The notes under the pieces: generated by a model
Databases searched by the model: none
Told to the model about the DNA's origin: nothing
What the model saw: the letters and a program-made list of their open reading frames with translations, nothing else
Assembly (NCBI GenBank): GCA_977020255.1
Contig: CDROCS010001785.1
Span: 1-64,000, forward strand
DNA: 64,000 nt
Direction of reading: 5' to 3'
From: Obrimoposthia wandeli
Lineage: Eukaryota
Shown here: piece after piece, positions 12,607 through 24,233 of the stretch
How the letters are laid out: every line of letters starts with the position of its first letter
How positions within the stretch are numbered: the stretch's first letter is position 1
Translations under genes and position numbers: made by a program

Positions 12607-15600
12607 TCAGCCGTTACGCGCATCTCCCCACCCAAATCCACCAGGATTGTTGGCGCCAGCAGCCCCATTAACGGCGGCGCCTCCCTCATCCAGCGGCTCG
12701 TAGTTGGGATCGTGTGCTGGACTCTCAAATATCGACTTCCTGTACCGACAATTGTGTACAATCAACCTAAGCAGACCTCAAGAAGCGGAGGGACCTTCTC
12801 AGCTCATAATCTTATAATTCCAGTTCTAGTACGTACTTACATATATTGCACACAATTAAAGGAAAACTTCTGAAGAAGCCTTTTTAACAAACAAACCGCA
12901 GGGTGTCCACGTTCATCAATAAAACTTTGAGTTTTAACACAAACTACAATTTAAAATCTGACAAAATACGAATCGTAATATCAAAGTTAAAATTGTTTTC
13001 TTTCAATTTATTTTCTAATGTTAATTGCTTTAAGCTTCTACAAAAGAGAAGTTACACATCAAGTGGTAAGTTGAACAATTACCTTTTTGGATAAAAATTA
13101 GTTGGTGTACTGTGGAAATGAGATCATAAGAATGTATTAAAAAATCATCCTAAAATCATTAGGAGAGACCCATACTTACTTCACTATTTAAAAAAATATA
13201 TATATTATTAATATGAGAAATTTCATTAAAAACGTTTTTTTTCAATATACATTGTAATTTGCAACAAAATGTCTCCCAAAACCATTACTTTTAATTTATT
13301 GGTTAAAATATATAATTAATTATTTATTCAATATTTAATTATATGAGTTATCTTATGTCTAAAGAATCGTTAGAAAATAAAAATATAACAATTTTACTAA
13401 TTATTAAAAAAGTCTAGTAGTCGACAATCTTGAAAACTTAGTGAGAATTCCTACTATATTCCAAATTGTTCATAAATGAAAGTAAGATATTATCAAAATT
13501 GTATGCACTGCGTTGGTTATCTATGGATGATATTTAGGTTTCCTGTCGTAGCAAAGAGTACTCCTTTGCACAAATTAGAAAATTTTATGAAGTTGATGGA
13601 GAATTACAAAAGAATCAAAGAATGCTAAAGAATTTGAAAGAAGTCTTCGATATCCCTAAAATTAATGGTTTACTATTATAAAATCCAAATTGAAGGTAGG
13701 AATGGATATTGTACTAGAAAGGTGAGATCAGGTTATTTTTTTATATGTACAAAGTTTGTGCATTTTTGACACTCTTTAATTTTAAATTGGGATGTTAAAA
13801 ATAATGTTACAAAAAATTTTAAAATTCGCTAGCTAGTCTTCGTTTATCGATTCAGTCAAAATTACTTTCTATCCATCAACTGAACAGTGAAGTGTACTTA
13901 CAGAAATCTCGGTGTTCGCAGGATCTTGAAGCCATTAGTTTGTCTAGGAAAGACGTCTTCCAAAAAATAGTAGAGGTGGCCAACACCAATTCCTGTACGA
14001 GACAAAGGCATTTCTCAGTAAGTCCATCTGATGATATATTTTAGTTTTGATAATAGGCATCGTGTGTATGTAATAAGTAGGGCACGTTTTTAATGACATA
14101 TCATACAAAGTCATAATTTTTTCAAATTTGTAGAGCAATTTTTCATAAATTCTTTTTAAATTAGTTTATCTTTGCTTTTTCATATTTTGTTTTTATTTCG
14201 ATTTATAAATACATGTAAAATATAATTTTTAATGCTAGGTCATATTTTTAAAAAACTTTATAGGTCACAAATATTGCCCTTCTAATAAGGCTTAAAAATG
14301 TGTAAAATTATTCTTCATATACAAATAAACAAAATGTTATCAATATTATAAAAACTATTTATTTAAAAATTTAAAGAAATTACCGGGTCTACATTAAACA
14401 CCATTTGAATTTAATTTAGATTGCACAGAGTGAACTTGTAACATTATTACGTAGTGGGGTTAAAAAGTCCTTAGACTGATAGAGATGAAAGAAATTCAGC
14501 TAAAAATGTATATTCAAACATGTAACATTTCATAACATATTTACACTTTTACCAGATGGACTGAAATCTCGACGACATGTTTATCGAATTCAGACGGTTT
14601 TACTAGAACATACGGTCACTGAAATCCAGTTTTGATTCAAATATTTTACCTCGCACATCGCTTGGAACGAAATCAATATTAAATATTGAGCGATCCAGTT
14701 ATACAAAATTGCTTTCATCAACTGTTTGTCAAGTTACATGAGAAGAAAAGACTGGTGCATTGTCACGAAGAAGATAGAGGTTTGTGTTTCTCTTTCACTT
14801 TATCAATTAATAAACAATAATAGACCGAATTTATTGTTTCCTCCATGCCATCATTCAATAAGAGCCCAGTACAGTTTTATGCCTTGTTCCGGATCTAAGG
14901 ACTTTTGCAGGCTTCCCAGTTGAAATAACTCATTCTCGTTTGGAGACAAAGATAAAGAAACGAGAAATAAAGCAGTCATTCTTCGTTTCTTGATCACTAT
15001 TTGTAGAAGTTTTCTCATAATCAATTTCGCTTCTTCTTGTCAAAGACACATGTTACTCACGATGAAAGTTTTCGAATAAAATTAGATATTGTTTGATTTT
15101 TTGTATTTTAATACCCTTTTTCTCTATCTTTCTTACTAAAATAAATCGTATACCACGTGTAAATTCAATGATGTTGTACAATGATTGAAGTAAAACAAAT
15201 TTCATTTAGCTGTTACTTGTTATTAATTAAACATTTTAATTTCATTTCTGAGCCTAATGACTTATTGTCATGGAGCCTGGACGTAGTGGACTCACCGATC
15301 ATGTCGATCAGCACGCTGTTGTTGAGCAAGAAAGAGAATCCAAAGAGCACCCAGGGTAAGTACGGCGCGTGGAAGTTGAAGAGCCCGAAGAAGTTCATTC
15401 TGATGTATGGGTTTCGGCGACTCCAAACGTAGACAATCATTAGGGTGAATGCATGGCCGAGAAATATGACTGCAAAGAATGACCCGATGATCTGCAAATT
15501 TAAATGAGAATTCAATGGGCCACGAATAATATTTGAAAATTAATAATGTTATAGAAAGTGTTAAAATAAAAAAAGGAAGGCCACTTACCATCATGAGGGT

Positions 15601-16569
15601 ACCTCCAAATATGAACATGAGAATGAAGTCGGCTTCTTTGGCTCTGAAATGATTCTCCTCGAGCATCCGACAATAGCGATAGATGAAAATCATGTTGAAA
15701 AAGAAGGTGAAGCCTATTTGGCCGAAGAAGCAGAAATTAGTGACCAGTCTCCAGAGCTGCGAAATCGGGAGAACATTATAATTGGTATATTAGTTATAAT
15801 TTATACTGATGCAAATAAGCAGAAAACTATTTATTTAAAAACCAATATCGGTTTTAAAGGAAAAAAGGCATTATTAAGACAATTAACCGAAATTTCAGGA
15901 AAGACCGAAAAATGACGATATTTTTAAATTAACCGAAATATACAGTAATTTTTAAAACTCATTAACATTAGTCAATTTTGCGATGCCCCCTTATCATTGA
16001 AATGTTAACACAAAGAGAGTTTAACAAAGCAAGCAATAAACAGAGAAAATTAGGAAAATTTTAAATTCTCACCTGATAATTCCGAAAGATGAGTGTTGGA
16101 TTGAAGTAAAGATGCAGTGGAGACACGAAATCTAAATGCTAAATTAAAATGAATTAATAAACTGTCAAAATTACTAAAAATTACAAAATAGTAATGAAAC
16201 AAATGATCAAGTTATTTATTAGATTTAATTAAAATAAAATCTCATAATCGAAATAATAGTTCCAGAATTCGCAATGAGATATATTATATGTGTAAATGTC
16301 AAAATAGTTTTTAAACTTTTACAAAAAACTTAATACTGTTTAGGTATTATTTAGTGATTGACAATCATCAGATATAACAATCATATTATAAAAACTAAGA
16401 GTTTCCTGATTTAATGAGATTGTAAAAGAACTAAAATAGAAAAATCATAAATGATTTAGTCAAAAACATTAGTATCACTTACAACCGCGATTGTTGTCAG
16501 GGCACAAATTGTTGTATAAGCTCTCGTCACTGGTGGAATTTGAATATATTCATCATAAATATGATTCAT
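12607..16569 (-). CDS. DERL2: Derlin-2/3-like ERAD membrane protein, complete, 6 exons, 246 aa
   Basis: Exons 16569-16483, 16138-16073, 15756-15589, 15491-15296, 13992-13902, 12739-12607 (741 nt), all GT-AG and phase-consistent. Translation has [55 protein letters not shown] and PGGFGWG. Confidence 0.96.
14545..14730 (+). mobile_element. possible Gypsy integrase remnant in Derlin intron 4
   Basis: FTRWTEI at ~14547 resembles the integrase FTRWPEA motif; the following sequence is frameshifted. Confidence 0.35.
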
Positions 16570-18825
16570 CCTTAGTAGATATGAAACAATAAATAAACTC
16601 TAATCAAAATAAGAATAAATTATACGTAAAGAAACAATTATATCAATAAAATTTAATGACGTATATTTCAAAATCAAGTCTTTTAAGGTTAATTCATTAC
16701 ATAAAAGGCACATGGACTTTTACTCATATGATTGTTTATCTTAATACAGTTCATTTTTAAAATGTCATATATTTAAAAAGAAGATAGGAACATTTTGGCT
16801 AATTAAATTTATTTAAATTTACCACAATAATAATAATTCAGTTTTCCCAAAATAATTATAAAATTTAGGGCAGTTATAAATGAAAAATTCCAAAACTCAA
16901 TTGTAAGTTCATTACACATGAGCGACATTTTCTATAAACATAATGTCCTTCGTGTTCATAAATTTTATATAATCTTAATATTTAATATTCAAAATTTTGT
17001 ATATTTAAAAAAATTATTTAACATTATTAAATTTAAAGACTTACTTAAAATTTTACTTACATGTTGAGTAAATCTAATGTACAAAAAATGTATTTTAGCA
17101 ATATAGCAATATTTTACTTTGAAATTTTACAAAACTTAAAAAAGCAAAAATAACGAGTAAAATAAGATTAATAAAAAATTTATTATTTGTGTATTAAATA
17201 ATTTTTATATGAAAGAAGCACATTATATAAAAATGAAAATAAATACAAATATAGTATACAGACATTTAAGATGAATATTATTTTTATTTAAATTAACCAC
17301 CATAAAATTTCTATTGCTTTTCTATAAAATTACTTTTATAAAAGTGATTGTTTCTTTTACATTTTTTGTTTGGTAAAATTAAAATGCTTTTTTAAGAAGA
17401 AATGATGAAGTTCAAGGCAGTTATGATAAATGAAAACAGATGGCATGAAATGTAAGTAATCAACCAAATTTACGATTCTTAAATTTAATTATTTTAAAAG
17501 TTAAGATCATATGATTAAAGTGATTATTTTCAAAACACCTTATTTTTAATAATCTTTTTTTAAATGTTAATAACCTAGAAAACGAAAATCTTATCTAAAC
17601 TGACGTATAAATTGTACAAAATATGTTATAACATTATTTTTAAATAAAACTTAATTTTTTTATTTTAGAAACGAAATGTCTTGTAAATCAAATTATGTTA
17701 ACTTTTGGAACATGATAGGGATTTAATATTAATTTTATTCGAATAAAATTTTAACAAAAATAAATGTTTGTTTGAGTAAAATAGTGAACAAAAATAAAAT
17801 TTATGCATAAGTTTGTTTAATAACACAAACCGATCATAAAAACTTAACCTTTAACGGGAAAGTTTAGAGAAAAAGTTCATTTTATGTTTTGTAAAGAATA
17901 TTTAAACTTTTCTATTATAATGTTTCAAATTTCTTTCAATAAATTGTAAAAAAAATCTATTATTAACATTTTTAATGTAAATTTGACAAGATGTGGCCTG
18001 TTAGAAAGCAACATACTAACATTCTCAATCGAGTTCTAAATGTAGTAAATTTTTAAGTTACAGTTTCCAAAATGAATCAAAATATTTCTTCAGAAACTAA
18101 ATTTATACTAGAATTCATAATATTTTAAATTATTACTCTTCACTTCGGGTGGATTTTTTTTTTTAAAACAAATGTATCAAGAATCTTCGAAGCACTTATT
18201 TTATTTGTAAATAATTTTTATATTGTACTCAGGGTATTTCTGTTTTTATTCAAATTTAAGTTATTGATGATAATTGCGTTTAAAAATGTATCTTTATTGT
18301 GTGTTAATTTTTGTCTCACATAGAAGAGTATTTTAATTAAGATTGAAATTCATTTAAAAATTTTAATATAATTTAATAATAATTTATTAAAGTAATAAAA
18401 AATAGGGTAAAAGAGATTTCATGTTTATTTTATAAATATTTTCTTTGATATATAAACGCTAGATTTAGATTAATACGTCTACAAATTGAATATAAATATC
18501 AATATAAAATGATAATTTTTGAGATTTACCAAATGGCGCTTCTAAAAGATATACAATTGAGATGCAATATTAAAAGTAAATCGAAACAAATTTTACCATA
18601 AGTTATCAAAATAAACAAAAAAATTCAAGTACAAATTTCTAAAAATAAGAAGTATACGTCAAACATCAGTGGTATACCGAAGAAATATCACGAAGAATAG
18701 CCGCATTCCGCGACATACTGCATCAGGACTTAACAATACGTGTAAGGTAAGAAACCTATATAAATATTAAGTTTAATTAAAAAGTGCATTCGGTGAACAT
18801 TTTTAGAATCATTTTATTTTGGTCA

Positions 18826-18880
18826 GTTCCCGACCGGCTTATCACCGGTTTCGCCCTGCCGGGCGGCTCATCAGGGAAAC
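18826..18880 (-). ncRNA. type I hammerhead ribozyme (HHR1)
   Basis: Minus strand reads GUUUCC CUGAUGA GCC-GCCCGGCAG-GGC GAA ACCGG-UGAUAAG-CCGGU C^GGGAAC. Core intact; stem I 6 bp, stem II 3 bp with 9-nt loop, stem III 5 bp. GUC cleavage site between 18832 and 18831. Confidence 0.85.
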
Positions 18881-19907
18881 GGCAGGTTATCTCTGACTTC
18901 GCAGTACTTATTTCTGCGAAGCCAGAGATACAAGTGACAGTAGAATGTCACTGTTTGAGATTTGACTGCAGATCGACTGGAATAACTTAGTTCAGTTTGA
19001 TCTGCGATCGAAACAAATTTGATAATATGCGAAATAGCTTTGCAGATCGACTGGACTTCGGTTTCTCTCTACCGCCGCTGCCATCTCTGCATCGCCCATG
19101 CATCCTCCTGCTACCCAGTTGTCTCTGCCCCAGTCACACAACTACTACTGTGTCTTCCACCGATTTGATCAATCGAGTGGCTCCAGGGCTGATGGCTGCT
19201 GCACACGCGATGCTTCTCTCCAGTCTCACTATACTACACTCTGTTGCTGATATTATCTCGTGGTTAGCGACAACAACAATGGCGACTATCCTTGTTGTTG
19301 TTGGATCTGGCAATTACAAGCTGCAGCAGTGCCAGCAGTTCTTCAACCGCTAATACGACAACTTTCAAAATGAATCGTCCTTATGGACTCTGTGTGTGTA
19401 CAGCAACTTTAATTTTCTTCCTACTCTCTCAAACACTTACTCTCTGTTCCATCATGCACTCAATCTCTATTCCATCGTACTTGAATTTGCTGCTCTCGCG
19501 ATTTCACATATTCTCTGCTTGTGCAAGTGGTGCCGCATTGGATACAACAGTTTCGTGTTTGTGTGGTGTATTGGGAGTGGTATGCAGTCGGAAGTTTCTC
19601 CTTCTCTCACAGCACTATTATGTGTAGTTCACCTCTTTTCCCTCATCATGTGTTGGTGTGTCACCACAATATAAGGCAGCAATTCTGCAAGGAAAACAAC
19701 AACATGATAATTGCTAAACCTATCAATAACAATGTACAATTTGCATTTTATGATTATTAAAGCCACTGATCACCATTTTTACCATTTCTTGTTGAAGAAA
19801 AATAAACTGAAGACAAGAAATCTTTTATTGTCAATAAACCCAAAAATTTGATAGTATCGTGACACAAAAAACAAAAACAAAAACTATTATTTCAATATAT
19901 ATATCTA

Positions 19908-20769
19908 TGTAAAAGCAATAAAGAACTAGATATATAACATAAATATCGATTGTTTATAATCATTCCAGATACCTACCGACGTAGAATCGATTTGAAGACA
20001 CTGATTCAGAAGTAATACAGTTGATATAGATTTAGAAGCAATACGGATTTAAAAGTCATATAAATCCAGAAGAGATACAGATTCAGATGTGATACGGATC
20101 AGAGCAACACATCGAAGAGAAACCATTATATAAATATCGGCGGATGAATTGAACTAAGTGTAATAAAGAGATTTGAATTCTCAGTAAAAAAGTAATTGAA
20201 TTGTAATCAAGTGTATTGAACCAAGTGTATTAAAGCGATTTAAATTTGAGGAAAATAATTGGAGTATAGTAAAGCGATTTGAATTGTAGATAAGCAATTC
20301 AAATTTAAGTAAAAGGTATAGTGAATTAAAATCATATTTATTGAGATATCGTAAATAAAACTATAAACGAAAAAAAGTGTCGCAAATTGTTATTTAAATT
20401 AATTCGTACCAGAGATTGTCACCCTACTTTTCTGAAGTTGTAGTTGAGAACACATTTGTTTAAGAGCTCCCCACCTTGTGTATTAAAAATTAATTTAGTT
20501 TTACGAAAAGATCGCATGAATTATATTTTGAAAGATAACTAACCCTCTTGGAACTTTCAGACCCACTAACCTACAGGCTAGACGAGAGCTAACAACGTGA
20601 CGGTGTTCCAAGCCACGGTGTATTCAGAGGATTGTTAAGGCCTGATATATTGGAGGAGCATCGTTAATGTCGCTTGTCTGTAGCTTCGTTTCGTATAGTT
20701 TTGGTCTAGCCTTTAACCAGACCATTTTTGAATTGCTCTTCAAACCAGCCTAACCGGTTCAATACTACA
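19908..20769 (+). mobile_element. probable solo LTR
   Basis: TGTA...TACA termini, TATATAAAT at ~20128, and shared start and end motifs with 2144-2760. No matching TSD found. Confidence 0.55.
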
Positions 20770-21141
20770 ACTGTTGAAAATTAAAATACATGCTCACTGC
20801 ATCGGGATCGAGAGGATCGTATGAATATTTGAATTTTGTGAGATAATACTTTTTGATAATAGGCAGTGTTTTGAAATGTTAAAACATCGAAATATTTGAA
20901 TTTTGGTAAAAAATACTTTTAATAAAAAGTAATATTTTGAATTTACTAACAATGATTGACAAGAAAAAATTAAGCTTAAAAAGTATTAAATAAAAAAAAT
21001 CCATTTAAAAAGAAAAGAAAGTTTAATAAGATTTCTTTAATTAGAAAATTAATTGGATGATTTCCTTTATTAGGGAAATTATTTTTGTTAAAATTCTATG
21101 CACTTTGGCATTTTAGAATGTTTTAGTTAAATAAGTGTACA

Positions 21142-21191
21142 GTCCCCGATAGGCTTAACTGGCTTCGCCTTGCCGGGTTCATCAATGGGAC
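21142..21191 (-). ncRNA. type I hammerhead ribozyme, degenerate copy (HHR2)
   Basis: Minus strand reads GUCCCA UUGAUGA ACC-CGGCAA-GGC GAAG CCAGUUAAGCCUAUC^GGGGAC. Collinear with HHR1 but has core substitutions (C3U, GAAA to GAAG, first stem II G to A) and a broken stem III. Confidence 0.65.
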
Positions 21192-22189
21192 AGCAAGCTT
21201 ATCTTTGGCTTCGCGGTGGGCAAAGCACCCGCAAAGTCAGAGATAAAAAGAGAGGATTTTCCCTCTACCATGTGTCGACAAACAGCATCGACACATGACA
21301 ATAATGTGCATACATACACAAACCAAAACACACACATACAAACATTACATACACCCACTCACATCTACTCACATCTATACTCACTCACCTCTATGTTCTC
21401 TCAGCTACTCTCAGTCTTGTGTATGTGTGTGTATATATTTTATGCAGCACTATTTTCCTCTCTGTCGAGATACGATGCTTGTGGACATATGGACAGTGTG
21501 TGCGGTGGATAGAGCTGATGAAATTTTCCCTACTAATCAGTTTTTGAATCGACACCGGTATGTGTGTGCTGCTATATTGACGCGTACAGACAGCTGTATT
21601 TTGTATTAGTTTTCTTCACTTCTCAGTTTCTGTCTCTGTCCTGAGAGCTTCTATGTATTCTGTCTTGTTTTTCTCGATTTCAGGCCATTTTGTCGATCAA
21701 TAGTCTTGAGGGCTTTACTTTTTCTCTTAGCTTATTCTGCTGTTTTTTCCGATCGCTTCGCACTTTTACTCACACTAATGTTGGCTTATATCATTAATAT
21801 TTTAAGTCAACAACAACTCTTAATTTTAACCCCAAAAATGTATTATTTAATTTTTTTTCTTCTTTTAAGGTTATTATCAGGATATTTTAATTACTATAAA
21901 TATCTTTTATTTATTTCACTTATTCTTATTGCTCTCTGTATGGACCTAACACTATTTATCATTTATTTTATGAACATTTGAAATCACAGCAACTTCCAGA
22001 TACTAAAACTGCAAGTCTCATACCTAGTTTTGATATGGAGCTTAATATTTTTTGGGTATCTAAATTCGTTGTGAAATTTAATGGAGATAAAATATGGTAT
22101 AACATTTATTTGGAATATCAGTAATGTAACAGGAGTCAGCAAAAATAGTGTACACCGCATGATGAGATAAAATAATTAATGAAATATTA

Positions 22190-22236
22190 AATATATATAT
22201 ATATATATATATATAAATATATATAAATATATATAC
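22190..22236. repeat. (AT)n microsatellite
   Basis: Nearly uninterrupted AT dinucleotide run. Confidence 0.9.
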
Positions 22237-24183
22237 ATCCATGCTCATGCTATTATACATGCTATTGTAAAAAGCAATATATCTTTTCCAATTCTCTATA
22301 TTCTAAATTATTGTAATTATATTTTCATTAATACACTGCAGTACTTAAACTTCTAAATGATTATTTGAACACATTTATTTCAACATATTTGTTTATATAA
22401 AATAAATGATACCTATCTATATGTTGTTTATTTTAAATAAATCTATTAAATAACCTATATATATTTTGTATAAAACTGTCATAAAACAAAAGTATTTTAA
22501 TTGTTTAGAATATTTTGTTTAATGTTCTAAGTAGTTGATTTTAAATAAAACACTAATCATTTTGAAAAATTATTTTTAATATAATACATCACATAATGAG
22601 TGTGATAGGTTTTTTTCAGTGTTTGATTTTTTGTTGTATTTTAAAATATTGTTTTAACTAAAAAGTTGAATATTTTTATAAAATTAAAAGAACATTAATA
22701 TTTTGATATTTTAATAAGAAATAATACGTAAGTTTTCTTAGTTTAAAAAAAATTAAAAATCTCCAAGAAGTTACTATGACATATACATCTAATAGTTTTA
22801 TGGCAGGTGACTAAGGAAATTAAATGCAAAATTAGTTTATGCTTATTTGAAAAAGTATGATATATTTATTATATGGTTCAACTTGATATCCATAGAAAAT
22901 AATTCTGCGGAAAGTGCGAGAAAAAAATTTCCTTTAGAAAATAATAAGGAAAATCGATAAATGTTTTATTGATTATATTTTTCAATTTCACATTTGCAGC
23001 ATCCTTAGTTGTTTCTTGAGTTAATATATCATTTTCAAAGCATTGTAACATGAAGTTAATTACGGTGATTGCACAGGACAGGGAACTATACTTGATTTGC
23101 ATACCAAAGACTCTTTGAAAGAAGTATTTAAAAGTATTTTGTTATAGTACTTTTATACTGAAGAATTGTTCAAAGAAATTTTGTTTATTTCTAAAATTAT
23201 GATAAATCCAATCTTGTTAACACACATTAAAAAATATGGTTCATTGTATACGTTTTGCAAATTTAAACAAGAAATTAATTGACATGCATATGTTGTGCTT
23301 TATTAAATATAAAAATACAAATATTGAAATATAATTTTATTATACACAAAAAAATGACCAGAGGGCTAACAATTATTAGAGTTACTAAAAATATTTTGAC
23401 GATGACAATGGTGATAAAATAAAATAATAAAATAATCAAAATTAAATAAAAATGGAACTGATTTTGAAAAATGATATAGTTTATGCTGGCATACCATAAT
23501 TTTTTATTACCGAAATTTCAGGATTTATATACTCTCTCATTTACACGCTGTGCCCGGGTTTTCCTGGTGGGGCTTTTGATTTACATTAGTTTAATCTAAA
23601 TGGGGTTTGTCTATCAATATTAATACTTAATTAGATTCTATTGGGTAACCTGTTAGTATTTGCCTGCTAGTATTGCAAAGTTTTATCTACTTCTTATACT
23701 TTAGGACTTTTTTACCCAAATGTGTGATTTTGATGAGCCGTACATATTTTAATTGGAATTAATTTATGCTTTAAATTGATGTTTTGTTAATTTATGTGCG
23801 ACTTTTAGATGTCTAAAAAGTCTTCATTAAAGTTTAATTAGTTAACGTTTTAATTAACAAAAATCACATTTTTGTAGATCATTCTTAATACAAAAGTTGA
23901 AAAACTTTCGAGCATACGTGAAATAAATCGTTTTTTTATTGCTAATTTATGTGTAGTTCAGATTTTTAAATAAGGTCTTCCTTTAAAAAGTTATTCGTAA
24001 AAAAATGATTTCTACATAAAATGAATTAATATTTTAAACCTATTTTTTTTTGTGGGTCACTAAGTTACTTTTTAATTAGTAGCTTTGTTGGGTTATTAAA
24101 TAAAAATAATTAATTTTTGTCAATTTAAATTGACATTTAATATTTATCAAAAATGCCCACAATTAGGGAGGTTTTCAAGTTCA

Positions 24184-24233
24184 GCCTCCGACGGGGTGGT
24201 CCCGTTTCGCCCTGCCAGGCTCGTCAGGAAGGC
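24184..24233 (-). ncRNA. type I hammerhead ribozyme, canonical (HHR3)
   Basis: Minus strand reads GCCUUC CUGACGA GCCU-GGCA-GGGC GAA ACGGG-ACCAC-CCCGU C^GGAGGC. All core nucleotides present and all three helices paired. GUC cleavage site between 24190 and 24189. Confidence 0.9.

Noticed and set aside
15181-15915. Plus-strand ORFs 15181-15432 and 15649-15915, and the off-frame part of minus ORF 15292-15693
   Set aside because: These are shadow or antisense frames of Derlin exons.
18997-19760. Four overlapping plus-strand ORFs of 79-118 aa as genes
   Set aside because: They arise from a pyrimidine-rich, stop-poor strand, overlap in all frames and show no recognisable domain.
21514-21560. Plus-strand CTGATGA as an opposite-polarity hammerhead
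   Set aside because: No paired stem II, no GAAA and no stem I or III can be formed. Other CTGATGA/TCATCAG hits I noticed (16.3, 27.3, 38.8, 58.6 kb) fail the same way.
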